Source: Gemmatimonas sp.
GTDB lineage: Bacteria > Gemmatimonadota > Gemmatimonadetes > Gemmatimonadales > Gemmatimonadaceae
Length of the DNA: 64,000 nucleotides
NCBI GenBank assembly: GCA_965279375.1
Contig: OZ257156.1
Coordinates: 3,808,001-3,872,000 of the forward strand
Direction: 5' to 3'
The notes under the pieces are model-generated. The model worked only from the letters and a program-made list of their open reading frames with translations, searched no databases and had not been told where the DNA came from. The position numbers and the translations under genes were made by a program. Below are positions 44,632 to 55,831 of the stretch, piece by piece; the stretch's first letter is position 1, and each line of letters starts with the position of its first letter.

Positions 44632-44981
44632 GGAGCCGCCGGCAGACCCGCGGCGCGGGCCTGATCGTCGGGAACGTCGATCACCAGACGCAGGAGCGCC
44701 GTGGAGTAGACCTTTCCCTGGGCGTCCGTCTTGAGCGAAAGCGTCCCGCCGCCGTCGAGCGCCCCGTGGAGCAGGAAGTTGATGGCCGAGAGGTTGGGGA
44801 GTTCAAAGCGCACCACGTCGCCGTGAATCTGACCGGCAAAGTGCGCAGCCACCCGCTCGCGAGTCACGTACCGATCGAGGAACGGATACCACTCGGGCTT
44901 GAGCGCGATCACGCCCACATTGGCCGTGTCTCCCTTGTCGCCGCTGCGCGCGTGCGCGATGTCGAGCAAACGAACGTGCAT
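44628..44981 (-). CDS. AtuA C-terminal-like (ferredoxin-fold) small protein
   Basis: AHARSGDKGD, RFELPNL.AINF, LDGGGT.SL.TD.QGK. Confidence 0.85.
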   Translation of the reverse strand: MHVRLLDIAHARSGDKGDTANVGVIALKPEWYPFLDRYVTRERVAAHFAGQIHGDVVRFELPNLSAINFLLHGALDGGGTLSLKTDAQGKVYSTALLRLVIDVPDDQARAAGLPAAP

Positions 44982-44986
44982 GAGCG

Positions 44987-46369
44987 CTACTCCAGGATGC
45001 GAACGGACGTGGTGACCGCGCGCTTGTCGAGCAGCGCAGGCCAGTAGGCGACGATCTCTTCGACCTTCGGGCGACCACCTGCGAAACCGGTGACGCTCGG
45101 CGGCCCGTTGAGCACCAGCGGCGCGATTTCGCGCGTGAAGCGCTCGACGGCCGCGCGATCGGGGCCGCGCACGCCGATGCGCCACTGCACTTCGGGTGCA
45201 TCCTGCCCATCACCCGCGAGTGCGCCGTGAGTGGCGTTGGCCCCCACGAACTCGCTCAGGATGTGGTCGAACTTGAGTCCGAGGTTGTCGAGGCGCTCAC
45301 GCAGCACCCGATCGGCCAGCTGCGCTTTCTCCATGGCATCTGGCCACGAGTAGACAAGCGAACCCACCGCCTTGTAGCCAGCACGATAGGCAATCGAGAC
45401 CTTGAGGAACGGCGTGGGATGCGCGCCGGTGATGCCATGCACGCGCACGCGATTCTCACCATCGTCAGCGACGCGAATGCTGGTGAAATCCGCGACGACA
45501 TCCGGCGTGATGTAGGCGTGCGGATCGCCCATCTCGTACACGAGCTGCTCCGTCACGCTGGGGACGTTGATACGGCCACCAGTGTTCGGATGCTTGGTGA
45601 TGACGAAGGATCCATCGGCGTATGCTTCCGCGATCGGATAGCCGATGTTGGCCAGATCAGGGATGTTGCGCCAATCGTGCAGGCAGTTCCCACCCGACGA
45701 CTGTGCACCACACTCGAGGATGTGTCCTGCGACAATTCCCGAGGCGAGGGCATTCCAGTCATCCGCCTTCCAGCCGAACTCGTGGCGCAGCGGCGCCATG
45801 GTGAGTGCGGTGTCGGTGCTGCGGCCAATCACGACGACGTTTGCGCCGCGCTCCAGCGCTTCGACGATCGGCGTGGAGCCGATGTAGGCGTTGGCCGAGA
45901 GCACGTGTTCGCGCACCGTCGAAAGCGGTTCACCCGTGTCCATGTTCGCGAGCGGGTGCCCCTCGGCGATGAGCGTGTCGAGGCGTCCGAGGATGTCGTC
46001 CCCCGTGACAACGCCAATGCGAATCTTGCCTCGCAGGCCAGCCTTTTCGGCCGCCGCGAGCACGGCTTCGGCGCAGGCGTCGGGATTCACACCGCCGGCG
46101 TTGGCGATGACTTTCACACCGCGATGCGCGACGGCGTCGAAGACGCTTTCCATCGCGCCGATGAAGTCGCGCGCGTAGCCCATCTTGGGGTCGCGTTCCT
46201 TCTGCTTCTGCAGAATGGACATCGTGACTTCGGCGAGATAGTCGAGCATGAGATAGTCGACCTGACCGCCTTCCACCTGGCGACGAGGTGCTTCGAGCCA
46301 ATCGCCCCAGAAGCCCTGTCCGCTGGCCACGCGAATCACCCGCGGGGCATCACTCATGACAACTCCCAT
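44987..46369 (-). CDS. Acyclic terpene utilization AtuA (DUF1446) family protein
   Basis: GFWGD, DYLAEVTM, NAGGVNP, GHILECG, EQLVYE, TPDV. Confidence 0.9.
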   Translation of the reverse strand: MGVVMSDAPRVIRVASGQGFWGDWLEAPRRQVEGGQVDYLMLDYLAEVTMSILQKQKERDPKMGYARDFIGAMESVFDAVAHRGVKVIANAGGVNPDACAEAVLAAAEKAGLRGKIRIGVVTGDDILGRLDTLIAEGHPLANMDTGEPLSTVREHVLSANAYIGSTPIVEALERGANVVVIGRSTDTALTMAPLRHEFGWKADDWNALASGIVAGHILECGAQSSGGNCLHDWRNIPDLANIGYPIAEAYADGSFVITKHPNTGGRINVPSVTEQLVYEMGDPHAYITPDVVADFTSIRVADDGENRVRVHGITGAHPTPFLKVSIAYRAGYKAVGSLVYSWPDAMEKAQLADRVLRERLDNLGLKFDHILSEFVGANATHGALAGDGQDAPEVQWRIGVRGPDRAAVERFTREIAPLVLNGPPSVTGFAGGRPKVEEIVAYWPALLDKRAVTTSVRILE

Positions 46370-46378
46370 GACAACTCC
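46355..46378 (-). repeat. Perfect 12-bp tandem duplication of RBS plus start codon
   Basis: Minus strand GGAGTTGTCATG GGAGTTGTCATG. Confidence 0.9.
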
Positions 46379-46393
46379 AGAATCGGTGCGCGC

Positions 46394-48004
46394 TCACGCG
46401 GGCACGCCGGGCATCGGCGGCAGCACGAACGCACCAAGGTGCGGGCCAGGATTGTTGCGAGCGGCACGCAGCGCGAGTGCGAGCGTGGACCGCGTGTTCT
46501 CGGGATAGATGATCGCGTCGGCGAAACCGCGTGCTGCTGCGTAACGTGCGTCAAGCTGCGCTTCGTAATCGGCGCGCATCGCCGCGACGGCCTGCACGAC
46601 TTCGTCGCTCGGCGATACGCCCGCCTTCTTGGCGGCATCGAGCGCGGGACCATGCACGGCCTGAATCGCGGCCTCGCCTTCCATGACCGCCATACGTCCG
46701 GTCGGCCACGAGAAGATGAAGTCAGGATCGAAACCCTGTCCGGCCATCGCGTAGTAGCCTGCGCCACTCGCGTGATTGACCGTGAGCACGATCTTGGGCA
46801 CGCGCGCACACGCCATCGCTTCCACGAAGCGTGCACCGGCGCGGATGATTCCCTCGTGCTCGGCGTCGGGCCCGACCATGAAGCCGGACACGTCCTGTAC
46901 GAAGAGCAGCGGAATCCCCTGCCGTTCGCAGCGTTCGATGTAGAACGCCACCTTTTCCGCGCTCTCGGCGTAGATGATGCCGCCAAAGCGAGGACGCTCG
47001 CCGGCGCGCCCCTTGATGAGGCCGCGCTGATTGGCGATAACGCCGACAGCGATCCCTTCGATGCGCGCATCGCCGCAGATCATTTCCTTCGCGAGATGCG
47101 GCTGGAACTCATCGATGGCGCCATCGTCGAGCACGGCCTTGAGCAGGCCGTGCATGTCGTACGACATGCGATGATCGGTGGGCAGGAGGTCGTACAGCTC
47201 CTGCGGCGGAATCGCGGGCGGTCGATGCGTGGGATCGACGTGGAGCGTGCGCGGCAATCGCGCGATCAGCTCACGGATCTTGTCGAGACACGACGGGTCG
47301 TCATCGAGCGCGTAGTGCGCGACCCCGGACACCTCAGTGTGCGTGATGGCCCCACCGAGCGTTTCGCCGTCGACCGTCTGTCCGGTGGCACCCTTCACGA
47401 GATTCGGGCCACCCAGTCCCATGAACGACGTGCCCTTCACCATCAGAATCACGTCGCTGAGCGCGGGAAGATAGGCGCCACCGGCCACGCACTGCCCCAT
47501 CACGGCGGCGAACTGCGGGATTCGCAGGTACCGGCGCATGATCGAGTTGTAGTAGAAGATGCGCGCCGCGCCGAACTGTCCCGGGAATACACCGCCCTGA
47601 TACGGCAGGTTAACCCCGGCCGAATCCACGAGGTACACGATGGGAACACGGCAGCGCATGGCGACTTCCTGCGCGCGCAGGATCTTGGAGATCGTCTCTG
47701 GCCACCAGGAGCCGGCTTTGACGGTGGCGTCGTTCGCCACGATGACGACTTCGCGACCGTCGACGGTGCCGAGTCCCGTGATGACGCCGGCTCCCGGTGC
47801 TTGTCCGTCGTACTGGTCGTAGGCGACGAGGAGACCGATCTCAACGAACGGCGTTCCCGGATCGATCAGGCGTTCAACGCGCTCGCGCGCGGTGAGCTTT
47901 CCCTGCTTGTGCTGCCGGTCGATCTTGTCCTGCCCGCCGCCCAAGCGAAGCGTGGCTTCGAGCGTGCGAACTTCATCGGACAGTTGGCGAAGCCGTGTGC
48001 TCAT
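46394..48004 (-). CDS. Acyl-CoA carboxylase carboxyltransferase (beta) subunit
   Basis: [27 protein letters not shown]. Confidence 0.92.
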   Translation of the reverse strand: MSTRLRQLSDEVRTLEATLRLGGGQDKIDRQHKQGKLTARERVERLIDPGTPFVEIGLLVAYDQYDGQAPGAGVITGLGTVDGREVVIVANDATVKAGSWWPETISKILRAQEVAMRCRVPIVYLVDSAGVNLPYQGGVFPGQFGAARIFYYNSIMRRYLRIPQFAAVMGQCVAGGAYLPALSDVILMVKGTSFMGLGGPNLVKGATGQTVDGETLGGAITHTEVSGVAHYALDDDPSCLDKIRELIARLPRTLHVDPTHRPPAIPPQELYDLLPTDHRMSYDMHGLLKAVLDDGAIDEFQPHLAKEMICGDARIEGIAVGVIANQRGLIKGRAGERPRFGGIIYAESAEKVAFYIERCERQGIPLLFVQDVSGFMVGPDAEHEGIIRAGARFVEAMACARVPKIVLTVNHASGAGYYAMAGQGFDPDFIFSWPTGRMAVMEGEAAIQAVHGPALDAAKKAGVSPSDEVVQAVAAMRADYEAQLDARYAAARGFADAIIYPENTRSTLALALRAARNNPGPHLGAFVLPPMPGVPA

Positions 48005-48414
48005 GCGTCCTGCTGCTCACGTTCGGCAAACCACTCGCGGATGTAGTTCACGAGGTCCTGCGTGTTCGTGCCGGGGCCGAAGAGACGCGCGATGCCGCTG
48101 GCCTGCAGCGACTCCATGTCTTCTTTGGGAATGATGCCGCCGCCGGTGAGCAGAATGTCGTCGCGGCCGGCTTCAACGAGCAGGTCGCGCACACGCGGGA
48201 AGAGCGTCATGTGTGCGCCGCTCAGGATGGACAGGCCGACGACATCCACGTCTTCCTGAATCGCCGCGGTGGCGATCATTTCGGGCGTCTGGTGGAGGCC
48301 GGTGTAGATCACTTCCATGCCAGCATCTCGGAGCGCGGCAGCAACGACCTTGGCACCGCGGTCGTGTCCGTCGAGCCCGGGCTTGGCAACCAGCACGCGA
48401 ATGGGTCGAGTCAT
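48001..48414 (-). CDS. Cobalamin-binding small subunit of acyl-CoA mutase (IcmB-like)
   Basis: [10 protein letters not shown] (DxHxxG), SILSGAH, GGGIIP. Confidence 0.93.
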   Translation of the reverse strand: MTRPIRVLVAKPGLDGHDRGAKVVAAALRDAGMEVIYTGLHQTPEMIATAAIQEDVDVVGLSILSGAHMTLFPRVRDLLVEAGRDDILLTGGGIIPKEDMESLQASGIARLFGPGTNTQDLVNYIREWFAEREQQDA

Positions 48415-48442
48415 GGGGAGGGTATCGGAGGGAAATGCATGC

Positions 48443-49231
48443 TTAGCCTTCTTTACGCGCGAGGAGGAGCATCTCGCTGGATCGCCGGGTGAGTGGGCGA
48501 TCCTCCCACGCGTTGAACGCCTGTTCGACGACCAAGCCAACGTCGCGCATTCGCGCCGCCAGTTCGGAGGCCGTGTACAGGCGAATGCGATGTGTGCGTT
48601 CGCCGTCGCCTTGGGGACCACGCCACGTGCTGGTGATTTCGAGAAAGCCGGAGAGCGGATCGAAGCGGCGTTCCTGCCCGAAAACTGTACCGTCGGCCGT
48701 GCTCCACCAATCGCGCGACAGAAACTTGGCCATCACGCCATCGCGACTTCCGCCGTGCCACACCAGCACGCCGCCAGGCTTGAGCACGCGAGCGAACTCG
48801 GCCAACACCCGCAGATCATCCTTCGGATCGTCGAAGAACCCGAACGACGTGAAGAGATCGAGTACGGCATCGAAACGCCCCGTCCAGCGCGCGGGCAGCT
48901 TTCGCATGTCGCCGCGCGTGTAGCGCAGCCGACGCGACGTCCCGCGCTTGCTCGCCACATCGAGCAGATCCTGCGAGTAGTCGAGGCCGTCCACATCGAA
49001 GCCCGCCTCCGCCAGCAGGTGCGCGTGTCGCCCTTGCCCGCAGGGACAATCGAGCACACGTGCACCAGAGGGCAGCTCCATCACCTCGATGAGACGACCG
49101 ACCTCACGACGATCCTGCACCAGATCGAACAGCGGCTCGTACTCGTGCAGATACTGCTGCGTGAAGTGCGTACTCCACCACGCCGCCGGCGCTGCCGCCG
49201 GCGACTTCGCGGAGGGCACCTCCGCCTTCAC
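48443..49231 (-). CDS. Class I SAM-dependent methyltransferase
   Basis: [27 protein letters not shown]; start approximate. Confidence 0.88.
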   Translation of the reverse strand: MKAEVPSAKSPAAAPAAWWSTHFTQQYLHEYEPLFDLVQDRREVGRLIEVMELPSGARVLDCPCGQGRHAHLLAEAGFDVDGLDYSQDLLDVASKRGTSRRLRYTRGDMRKLPARWTGRFDAVLDLFTSFGFFDDPKDDLRVLAEFARVLKPGGVLVWHGGSRDGVMAKFLSRDWWSTADGTVFGQERRFDPLSGFLEITSTWRGPQGDGERTHRIRLYTASELAARMRDVGLVVEQAFNAWEDRPLTRRSSEMLLLARKEG

Positions 49232-49248
49232 GCGCTTCCGGCGAATGG

Positions 49249-50943
49249 TCAGAAGAACACCGGCTCGCGATACGCACCAAAGACATCTTCCAACGCCGCG
49301 CGGATCTCGTACAGCGTGCAGTAGCAGCGAGCGCAATCGAGGATGAACGGCACCACGTTGGCGTCGGTACGTGCGGCGTTGCGCAGTGCGTCCAGTCGCT
49401 GTGCGACGAGCGCGCTGTCTCGCGTGGCACGCACCTTGGCCAGACGCTCGCGCTGCTCGATGTCCGCTTCCTGGCCGATGCGCAGGATCGGAATGGAGAG
49501 TTCTTCCTCGTCGGTGACGAACTCATTGACACCAACGACCAGCTTGCGACGCTGCTCGATCTCCCACTGCTGACGCGCGGCGCTCTCGTTGATGCGCTTC
49601 TGGAACCAGCCGTCTTCGAGGCCCTTCACCACGCCACCAATCTCGCCGATGCGCGCGAATTGTTCTTCCGCTTCGCGTTCCAGCTGATCGGTCAACGCTT
49701 CGATGTAGTACGAGCCGCCAAGCGGATCCATGACGTTGGGGACGCCCGTTTCGTACGCGAGGATCTGTTGCGTGCGGAGCGCCACCTGCACCGCACTCTC
49801 GGTGGGCAGCGAAAGCGTCTCGTCCATCGAGTTGGTGTGCAGCGACTGCGTGCCACCGAGGACCGCCGCGAGCGCCTGATAGGCTACGCGTACGACGTTG
49901 TTGGTGGGTTGCTGAGCCGTCAGCGTCACACCCGCGGTCTGCGAATGGAAGCGCATCATCCACGAGCGCGGGTTCTTGGCGCCGTAGCGCTCCTTCAGGT
50001 GACGCGCCCAGATGCGGCGCGCAGCGCGCAACTTGGCGATCTCCTCGAAGAAGTCGTTGTGGATGTCCCAGAAGAACGACAGGCGCGGCGCGAAGTCATC
50101 GACGTCGAGTCCCCGTGCGATGCCGCGCTCCACGTACGTGAAGCCGTCGGCGAGCGTGAACGCGAGCTCCTGCGCAGCCGTCGCTCCCGCTTCGCGGATG
50201 TGGTAGCCCGAGATCGAGATCGTGTTCCAGTTGGGCGTGTGCTCAGCGCACCACGCGAAGCCATCCACGATCAGGCGCAGCGCCGGCTCGATCGGGAAGC
50301 ACCAGGCGTGCTGCGCCATGTACTCCTTCAGGATGTCGTTCTGCACCGTGCCCTGCAGCTTGTCGGCGCTCACGCCCTGCTTTTCCGCCGCTGCCACGTA
50401 GAAGCAGAGGAGGATGATGGCAGGACCATTGATCGTCATCGACGTGGAAACCTTGTCGAGCGGAATGCCCTCGAAGAGCGTCTCCATGTCGGCGAGCGAC
50501 GAGATCGCGACACCGCACTTGCCGACTTCACCCTCCGATCGCGGATGATCGGAGTCGTAGCCCATCAGCGTCGGGAAATCGAACGCCACCGAGAGGCCCG
50601 TCTGCCCCTGTGACAGCAGGAACTTGTAGCGCTGATTGGTCTCGCGCGCCGTCCCGAATCCAGCGAACTGCCGCATCGTCCACAGCTTGCCGCGATAGCC
50701 CGTCGGGTGAATGCCGCGCGTGAAGGGCCACTGTCCCGGCAGTTCGAACGCGGATCCGGCCGATCCTTCCAAATCGAGTGCCGTGTAGAGAGGCGGCACT
50801 TCGACGGCAGAGTTGGTGAAGGCGATGTCGCGCTTGCGGCCCTTCTCGTACTGCGAGCGCCACTGCCCAACCTCAGCGCGCAGCTCGTCGAGCTCCGCCT
50901 GCTGCTGTCGCACCACCTCTTCGAGTTCGTGAGTCGTCGTCAT
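49249..50943 (-). CDS. B12-dependent acyl-CoA mutase large subunit, isobutyryl-CoA mutase (IcmA)-type residues
   Basis: [36 protein letters not shown]. Confidence 0.9.
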   Translation of the reverse strand: MTTTHELEEVVRQQQAELDELRAEVGQWRSQYEKGRKRDIAFTNSAVEVPPLYTALDLEGSAGSAFELPGQWPFTRGIHPTGYRGKLWTMRQFAGFGTARETNQRYKFLLSQGQTGLSVAFDFPTLMGYDSDHPRSEGEVGKCGVAISSLADMETLFEGIPLDKVSTSMTINGPAIILLCFYVAAAEKQGVSADKLQGTVQNDILKEYMAQHAWCFPIEPALRLIVDGFAWCAEHTPNWNTISISGYHIREAGATAAQELAFTLADGFTYVERGIARGLDVDDFAPRLSFFWDIHNDFFEEIAKLRAARRIWARHLKERYGAKNPRSWMMRFHSQTAGVTLTAQQPTNNVVRVAYQALAAVLGGTQSLHTNSMDETLSLPTESAVQVALRTQQILAYETGVPNVMDPLGGSYYIEALTDQLEREAEEQFARIGEIGGVVKGLEDGWFQKRINESAARQQWEIEQRRKLVVGVNEFVTDEEELSIPILRIGQEADIEQRERLAKVRATRDSALVAQRLDALRNAARTDANVVPFILDCARCYCTLYEIRAALEDVFGAYREPVFF

Positions 50944-52130
50944 GAGTCCGTTCGCGAAGTGGGCGCCAGAGGGCCACGGTATACGGCGCCGGTAAGAAGC
51001 GAGGAGCTGCGGGCGCGCAGTTGATCGGCGACGGCAAAGGGCGCGATCTCTCCCGCCTCAAGCGCCGGCAACTGCTCGTCCAACCACCCCAGAGTATCGG
51101 TATCTCCCCACAACTGCTGCTGCACCTGCTGTTCGACGATCTCCATGACCCGCTCGCGCAGGCGCTGTCGACGGCGTGAGCCGAGCTCGCCACTGGCGAC
51201 AAGATAGCGAAAATGCCGGTCAAGGGCGTCCATGACCTCGCTGATCCCCTCGCCCTTGGCTGCCACGCTCCGCAGTACCGGCGGCGTCCACGACTCGACG
51301 GAATCCGCCTGCGCCGCTGCCCGCGCGGCTCGTGCCGGATTCATAGCGTCTCGCAACGCGTCTCGATCGGGGATGCTTCGCAGATCCACGCCGTGATGCG
51401 CCGGCACGTTGTGCGTCGCCGCACCCGCGCGAAGTCCGAGCATGAGTTCGATATCGTTGCGCAGACGGTCGGCGCCCGGTCGATCGGCCTTGTTCACTGC
51501 ATACACGTCAGCGATCTCCATCACGCCCGCTTTAAGCGTCTGAATGGAATCGCCGGACTCCGGCACGAGAACGACCAGCGTGGTGTCTGCGGCGCGGGCG
51601 ATGTCGAGCTCGCTCTGCCCCACGCCAACCGTCTCCAACAGGATGACGTCCATGCCAAAGGCGTCGATCACGTCGCACACCTCACGGGTGGCCGTGGCCA
51701 ACCCGCCGAGCGAGCCGCGCGTAGCCATTGATCGGATGAACACGCCGGGGTCGAGGGCGACCTCCTCCATGCGAATGCGATCACCCAAGAGTGCGCCGCC
51801 AGTGAATGGCGACGTGGGATCCACGGCCACGATGCCCACGCGCAAATTGAGCGCGCGATACGCGACCGCCAGCCGTGTGGTGAGGGTGCTCTTGCCGGCG
51901 CCTGGCGGACCGGTGATTCCGACGCGCCGGGCACGACCCACGAGCGGATGCATGAAGGCGAGCAGCTGATCGAATCCCGAACGATGGTTCTCCACGATGC
52001 TGACGGCACGCGCGAGCGCCGCTGGTTTGCCCTCGGAGAACTGCTGCATCAGTCGCTCGTGCGCCTTGGACAGCCCTTTCGGGAGCACCGTGATCGATCC
52101 GTCCTGTTGCACGGCTGGAGAATTCGTCAT
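50940..52130 (-). CDS. meaB: Mutase-associated GTPase chaperone MeaB
   Basis: [39 protein letters not shown]. Confidence 0.93.
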   Translation of the reverse strand: MTNSPAVQQDGSITVLPKGLSKAHERLMQQFSEGKPAALARAVSIVENHRSGFDQLLAFMHPLVGRARRVGITGPPGAGKSTLTTRLAVAYRALNLRVGIVAVDPTSPFTGGALLGDRIRMEEVALDPGVFIRSMATRGSLGGLATATREVCDVIDAFGMDVILLETVGVGQSELDIARAADTTLVVLVPESGDSIQTLKAGVMEIADVYAVNKADRPGADRLRNDIELMLGLRAGAATHNVPAHHGVDLRSIPDRDALRDAMNPARAARAAAQADSVESWTPPVLRSVAAKGEGISEVMDALDRHFRYLVASGELGSRRRQRLRERVMEIVEQQVQQQLWGDTDTLGWLDEQLPALEAGEIAPFAVADQLRARSSSLLTGAVYRGPLAPTSRTDS

Positions 52131-53101
52131 GTCGGACCCGTTCCCCGTGGCGCCGGATCGTCATGCTCATCGCGAATGTCGCCCACCAACTCCTCCAAAA
52201 GATCTTCCAGAGTCACGAGCCCGACGAGCGTGCCACCGTCATCGTGCACGATGGCGAGCTGGCGGCGCGCACGCAGTAGTTCAAAAAGCAATTCATTCGC
52301 CGGCTTCGATGCGCGCGTCACCGAGATCGGACGCAGCGTCGGCATCCGTTCGCCCGCGAGCTTGAATAAATCGAAGACGTGAATCATGCCCACCATCGTA
52401 TCTGGCGAGCTGCGGTAGAGCGGCACCCGACTGTACGCCGACTGCGCAACGCGGTGCGCAACTTCCATCGCCGGCATGCTCTCGTCCAACGCGAAGATCT
52501 CCGCGCGCGGCGTCATCACGTCGGCTGCTGTCTTTTCGCCGAACTGCATCACGCCGGAGATGATCGCCATCTCCTCCGTCGAGCCCATGCCATCGAACGC
52601 GCCATCGCGAAGCAGATCCTCCAGCCCCTCACGCGGCTCCACCTCTCCCGCGGCGAGCTGCCTCGGCGCGACAACGGCGCCGACGGCTGCCGCGATCCAC
52701 TGAATGGGGCGCAGTAGCAAATCCGCCACGCGAAGCAACGGAACCAGTACGGGCACGAGCTGTGGCGCCCAACGACGCCCGATCGCGCGCGGCACCAGCT
52801 GCCCGAACAGCAAAAGCATCGCCAGAAACACGACCGTGTCGCGCGCGAAAGTCCACGGCGAGCGTCCACTCTCCACCGTGATGATCGCGCCCATCGCGAA
52901 GACGGTGAGCATCGAGCCTGTGCCCGCCGCGTGGATGAGACGCATCGGACGCTCGAGATAGCGCGCCATCGCGGTGGATCGGGCGTGGCGATGCTCGATC
53001 CAGTGACGGAGCCACAAACGACTCACCGCACGCACCGACGTCGCGCCGGCGGTCATGAGGGCGACGAGTGCAACGGCGATGAGCATTGGCAGCAGTGGCA
53101 T
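52127..53101 (-). CDS. CNNM/CBS-domain membrane protein lacking the C-terminal CorC domain
   Basis: TM region, VMTPR, YSRVP, GLVTLEDLLEELVGDIRDEHD. Confidence 0.85.
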   Translation of the reverse strand: MPLLPMLIAVALVALMTAGATSVRAVSRLWLRHWIEHRHARSTAMARYLERPMRLIHAAGTGSMLTVFAMGAIITVESGRSPWTFARDTVVFLAMLLLFGQLVPRAIGRRWAPQLVPVLVPLLRVADLLLRPIQWIAAAVGAVVAPRQLAAGEVEPREGLEDLLRDGAFDGMGSTEEMAIISGVMQFGEKTAADVMTPRAEIFALDESMPAMEVAHRVAQSAYSRVPLYRSSPDTMVGMIHVFDLFKLAGERMPTLRPISVTRASKPANELLFELLRARRQLAIVHDDGGTLVGLVTLEDLLEELVGDIRDEHDDPAPRGTGPT

Positions 53102-54369
53102 CAGGCGTCGCTCTCCTCGGCGCGCGCCGCACGCTCGAGAAAGACACGCTCGATCTTGCGCCGTACCACCCGCTCCACGATGACGCGGAACGGACCGATG
53201 GTCAGCGACTCACCCGCGCGCGGCACACGACCAACGAGTTCGAAGATCAGTCCGCCGATGGTGGTCACGTCTTCGCGGCGGAAGTCGTGATTGAGCGCCT
53301 CCGACAGGTCATCGAGATTCATGCGACCGGACACCCAGAATCGCGTGTCCTCCTCGCTCTCGACGACGCGTTCTTCGTCGTCATACTCGTCGCGGATCTC
53401 ACCGACCAGCTCTTCCAGTACGTCTTCGATCGTGACGAGTCCCGCCGTCCCGCCGTACTCGTCAGCAACGATCGCGATGTGGCGCCCCGTCGCGCGGAAC
53501 TCTCGCAGCAAGTCTGCAATGCGCTTGGCTGATGGAATGAACGTCGGCGCGCGCATGAGCGATTGCCAACCATCGGCGGGTTCCTCATCGGCGAGCACGG
53601 CGTGCAGCAGATCCTTCGCGTACAGGATGCCCACGATTTCGTCTATCGTCTCCTCGAACACAGGCACGCGCGAGTGCTGCGCGCTGCGCACGCGGTCCAC
53701 CACCTCCGACCACGGTGTCTCGCGCTCGATGCCCACGATATCGACTCGCGGCACCATCACCTCTTCGGCCGTCGTCTCGCCAAAATCGAAAATGCCGAGC
53801 AGCAAGTCACGCTCGTCGCGCGAGACATCGGCTTCGCTTGTGATGACTTCGCGAAACTGCGCTGCGGCTTCATCGCGTCGTTCACTCGATGCGTCGCCTG
53901 ACGAGACCACATCTTCGACCGACGAATCGAGCAGCTCGCCAAGACGCACGGCGGGCGCGAGCAGTTGCTCGGTCGCCCGCGCAAACCAGCGGAGGCGGAG
54001 TGCTGCGTCATCTCCCAGGGCGTCACCGATGGCGCGCGCGATGCTCTCCGCGACCACCACCGTCAGCAGTCCGGCGACCGCGAGTATGGCGAGTGCCTGC
54101 GCCGTGGCTCGACTCTCGAGCCCGAGTGCAAGCGCCAATGCGCTACCGGCAATGAGATGACCCAGCACACGCGTGAACGCCAATGCGCGATGCGCGCGTT
54201 CACGTGCCGGAACCGTGCGCGCGAGTGGGGTAGCCGGCACCACGAGCGCCCCGCGCTCGGGGACCACGACCGTTGGCGTCGCCTCGGCGAGTATGGCGCC
54301 GTCGGTTACTGCGGCGAGCGCGGCCAGTGTGGCCCCGGACGCCGCGACAATCCAAGGAACGACGCTCAT
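53101..54369 (-). CDS. Hemolysin/CorC (CNNM-CBS-CorC) family protein
   Basis: VMVPRVD, HSRVPV, DEYGG..GLVTIEDVLEE, C-terminal TIGG..GRVP; ATGA overlap with ybeY. Confidence 0.88.
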   Translation of the reverse strand: MSVVPWIVAASGATLAALAAVTDGAILAEATPTVVVPERGALVVPATPLARTVPARERAHRALAFTRVLGHLIAGSALALALGLESRATAQALAILAVAGLLTVVVAESIARAIGDALGDDAALRLRWFARATEQLLAPAVRLGELLDSSVEDVVSSGDASSERRDEAAAQFREVITSEADVSRDERDLLLGIFDFGETTAEEVMVPRVDIVGIERETPWSEVVDRVRSAQHSRVPVFEETIDEIVGILYAKDLLHAVLADEEPADGWQSLMRAPTFIPSAKRIADLLREFRATGRHIAIVADEYGGTAGLVTIEDVLEELVGEIRDEYDDEERVVESEEDTRFWVSGRMNLDDLSEALNHDFRREDVTTIGGLIFELVGRVPRAGESLTIGPFRVIVERVVRRKIERVFLERAARAEESDA

Positions 54370-54874
54370 CCGCGCGGGGACGGAGTAAGCCAGAAGCGCT
54401 TGAGCAGCTGCTCCTGGCGTCGCCACATCGGCGACGTCATACGGGACTCGTCTTCCGGATGCTCCCAACCGCACGCGTGCAGCATGCCGTGCACGACGAG
54501 GCGGGCAATCTCCTCACGCACCCCTGCACCATGGCGACGCGCCTGTTCACGCGCGACGTCGGGACAGATGTAGACATCGGCGAGCACCACGCCGTTGGGA
54601 TCGGCGCCTAGAGCGAACGTGATCACATCGGTAGGACCGCGATGCCCGAGATGCTGGCGATTGAGCTTGGCCATCGCTGCGGGCGCGACCAGTGTGATGG
54701 ACACGAGGGCGTGTCGCACCTTGAGCGCCTGCAGCACCTGCTGCGCCAGTCGAGCAAGCCGTGCCGTGGCCACGGGCGAGCGCACGCCGTCCGTCTCGCA
54801 GGAGACAGCGCGTGATGCCCGTGACTGCGGCGAAGGTCGAGTGGGTCCGTCGTCCATGGGTAGTGTGCGGGCGG

Positions 54875-54878
<4 letters not shown>
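54366..54878 (-). CDS. ybeY: rRNA maturation endoribonuclease YbeY
   Basis: PTDVITF, HGMLHACGWEH. Confidence 0.9.

Positions 54879-55827
<949 letters not shown>

Positions 55828-55831
<4 letters not shown>

Noticed and set aside
45227..48046. Very long + strand ORFs (also 5067-6941, 12525-15086, 19086-21170, 43158-45047)
   Set aside because: Antisense shadows of well-supported minus-strand genes in high-GC DNA; no recognisable motifs.
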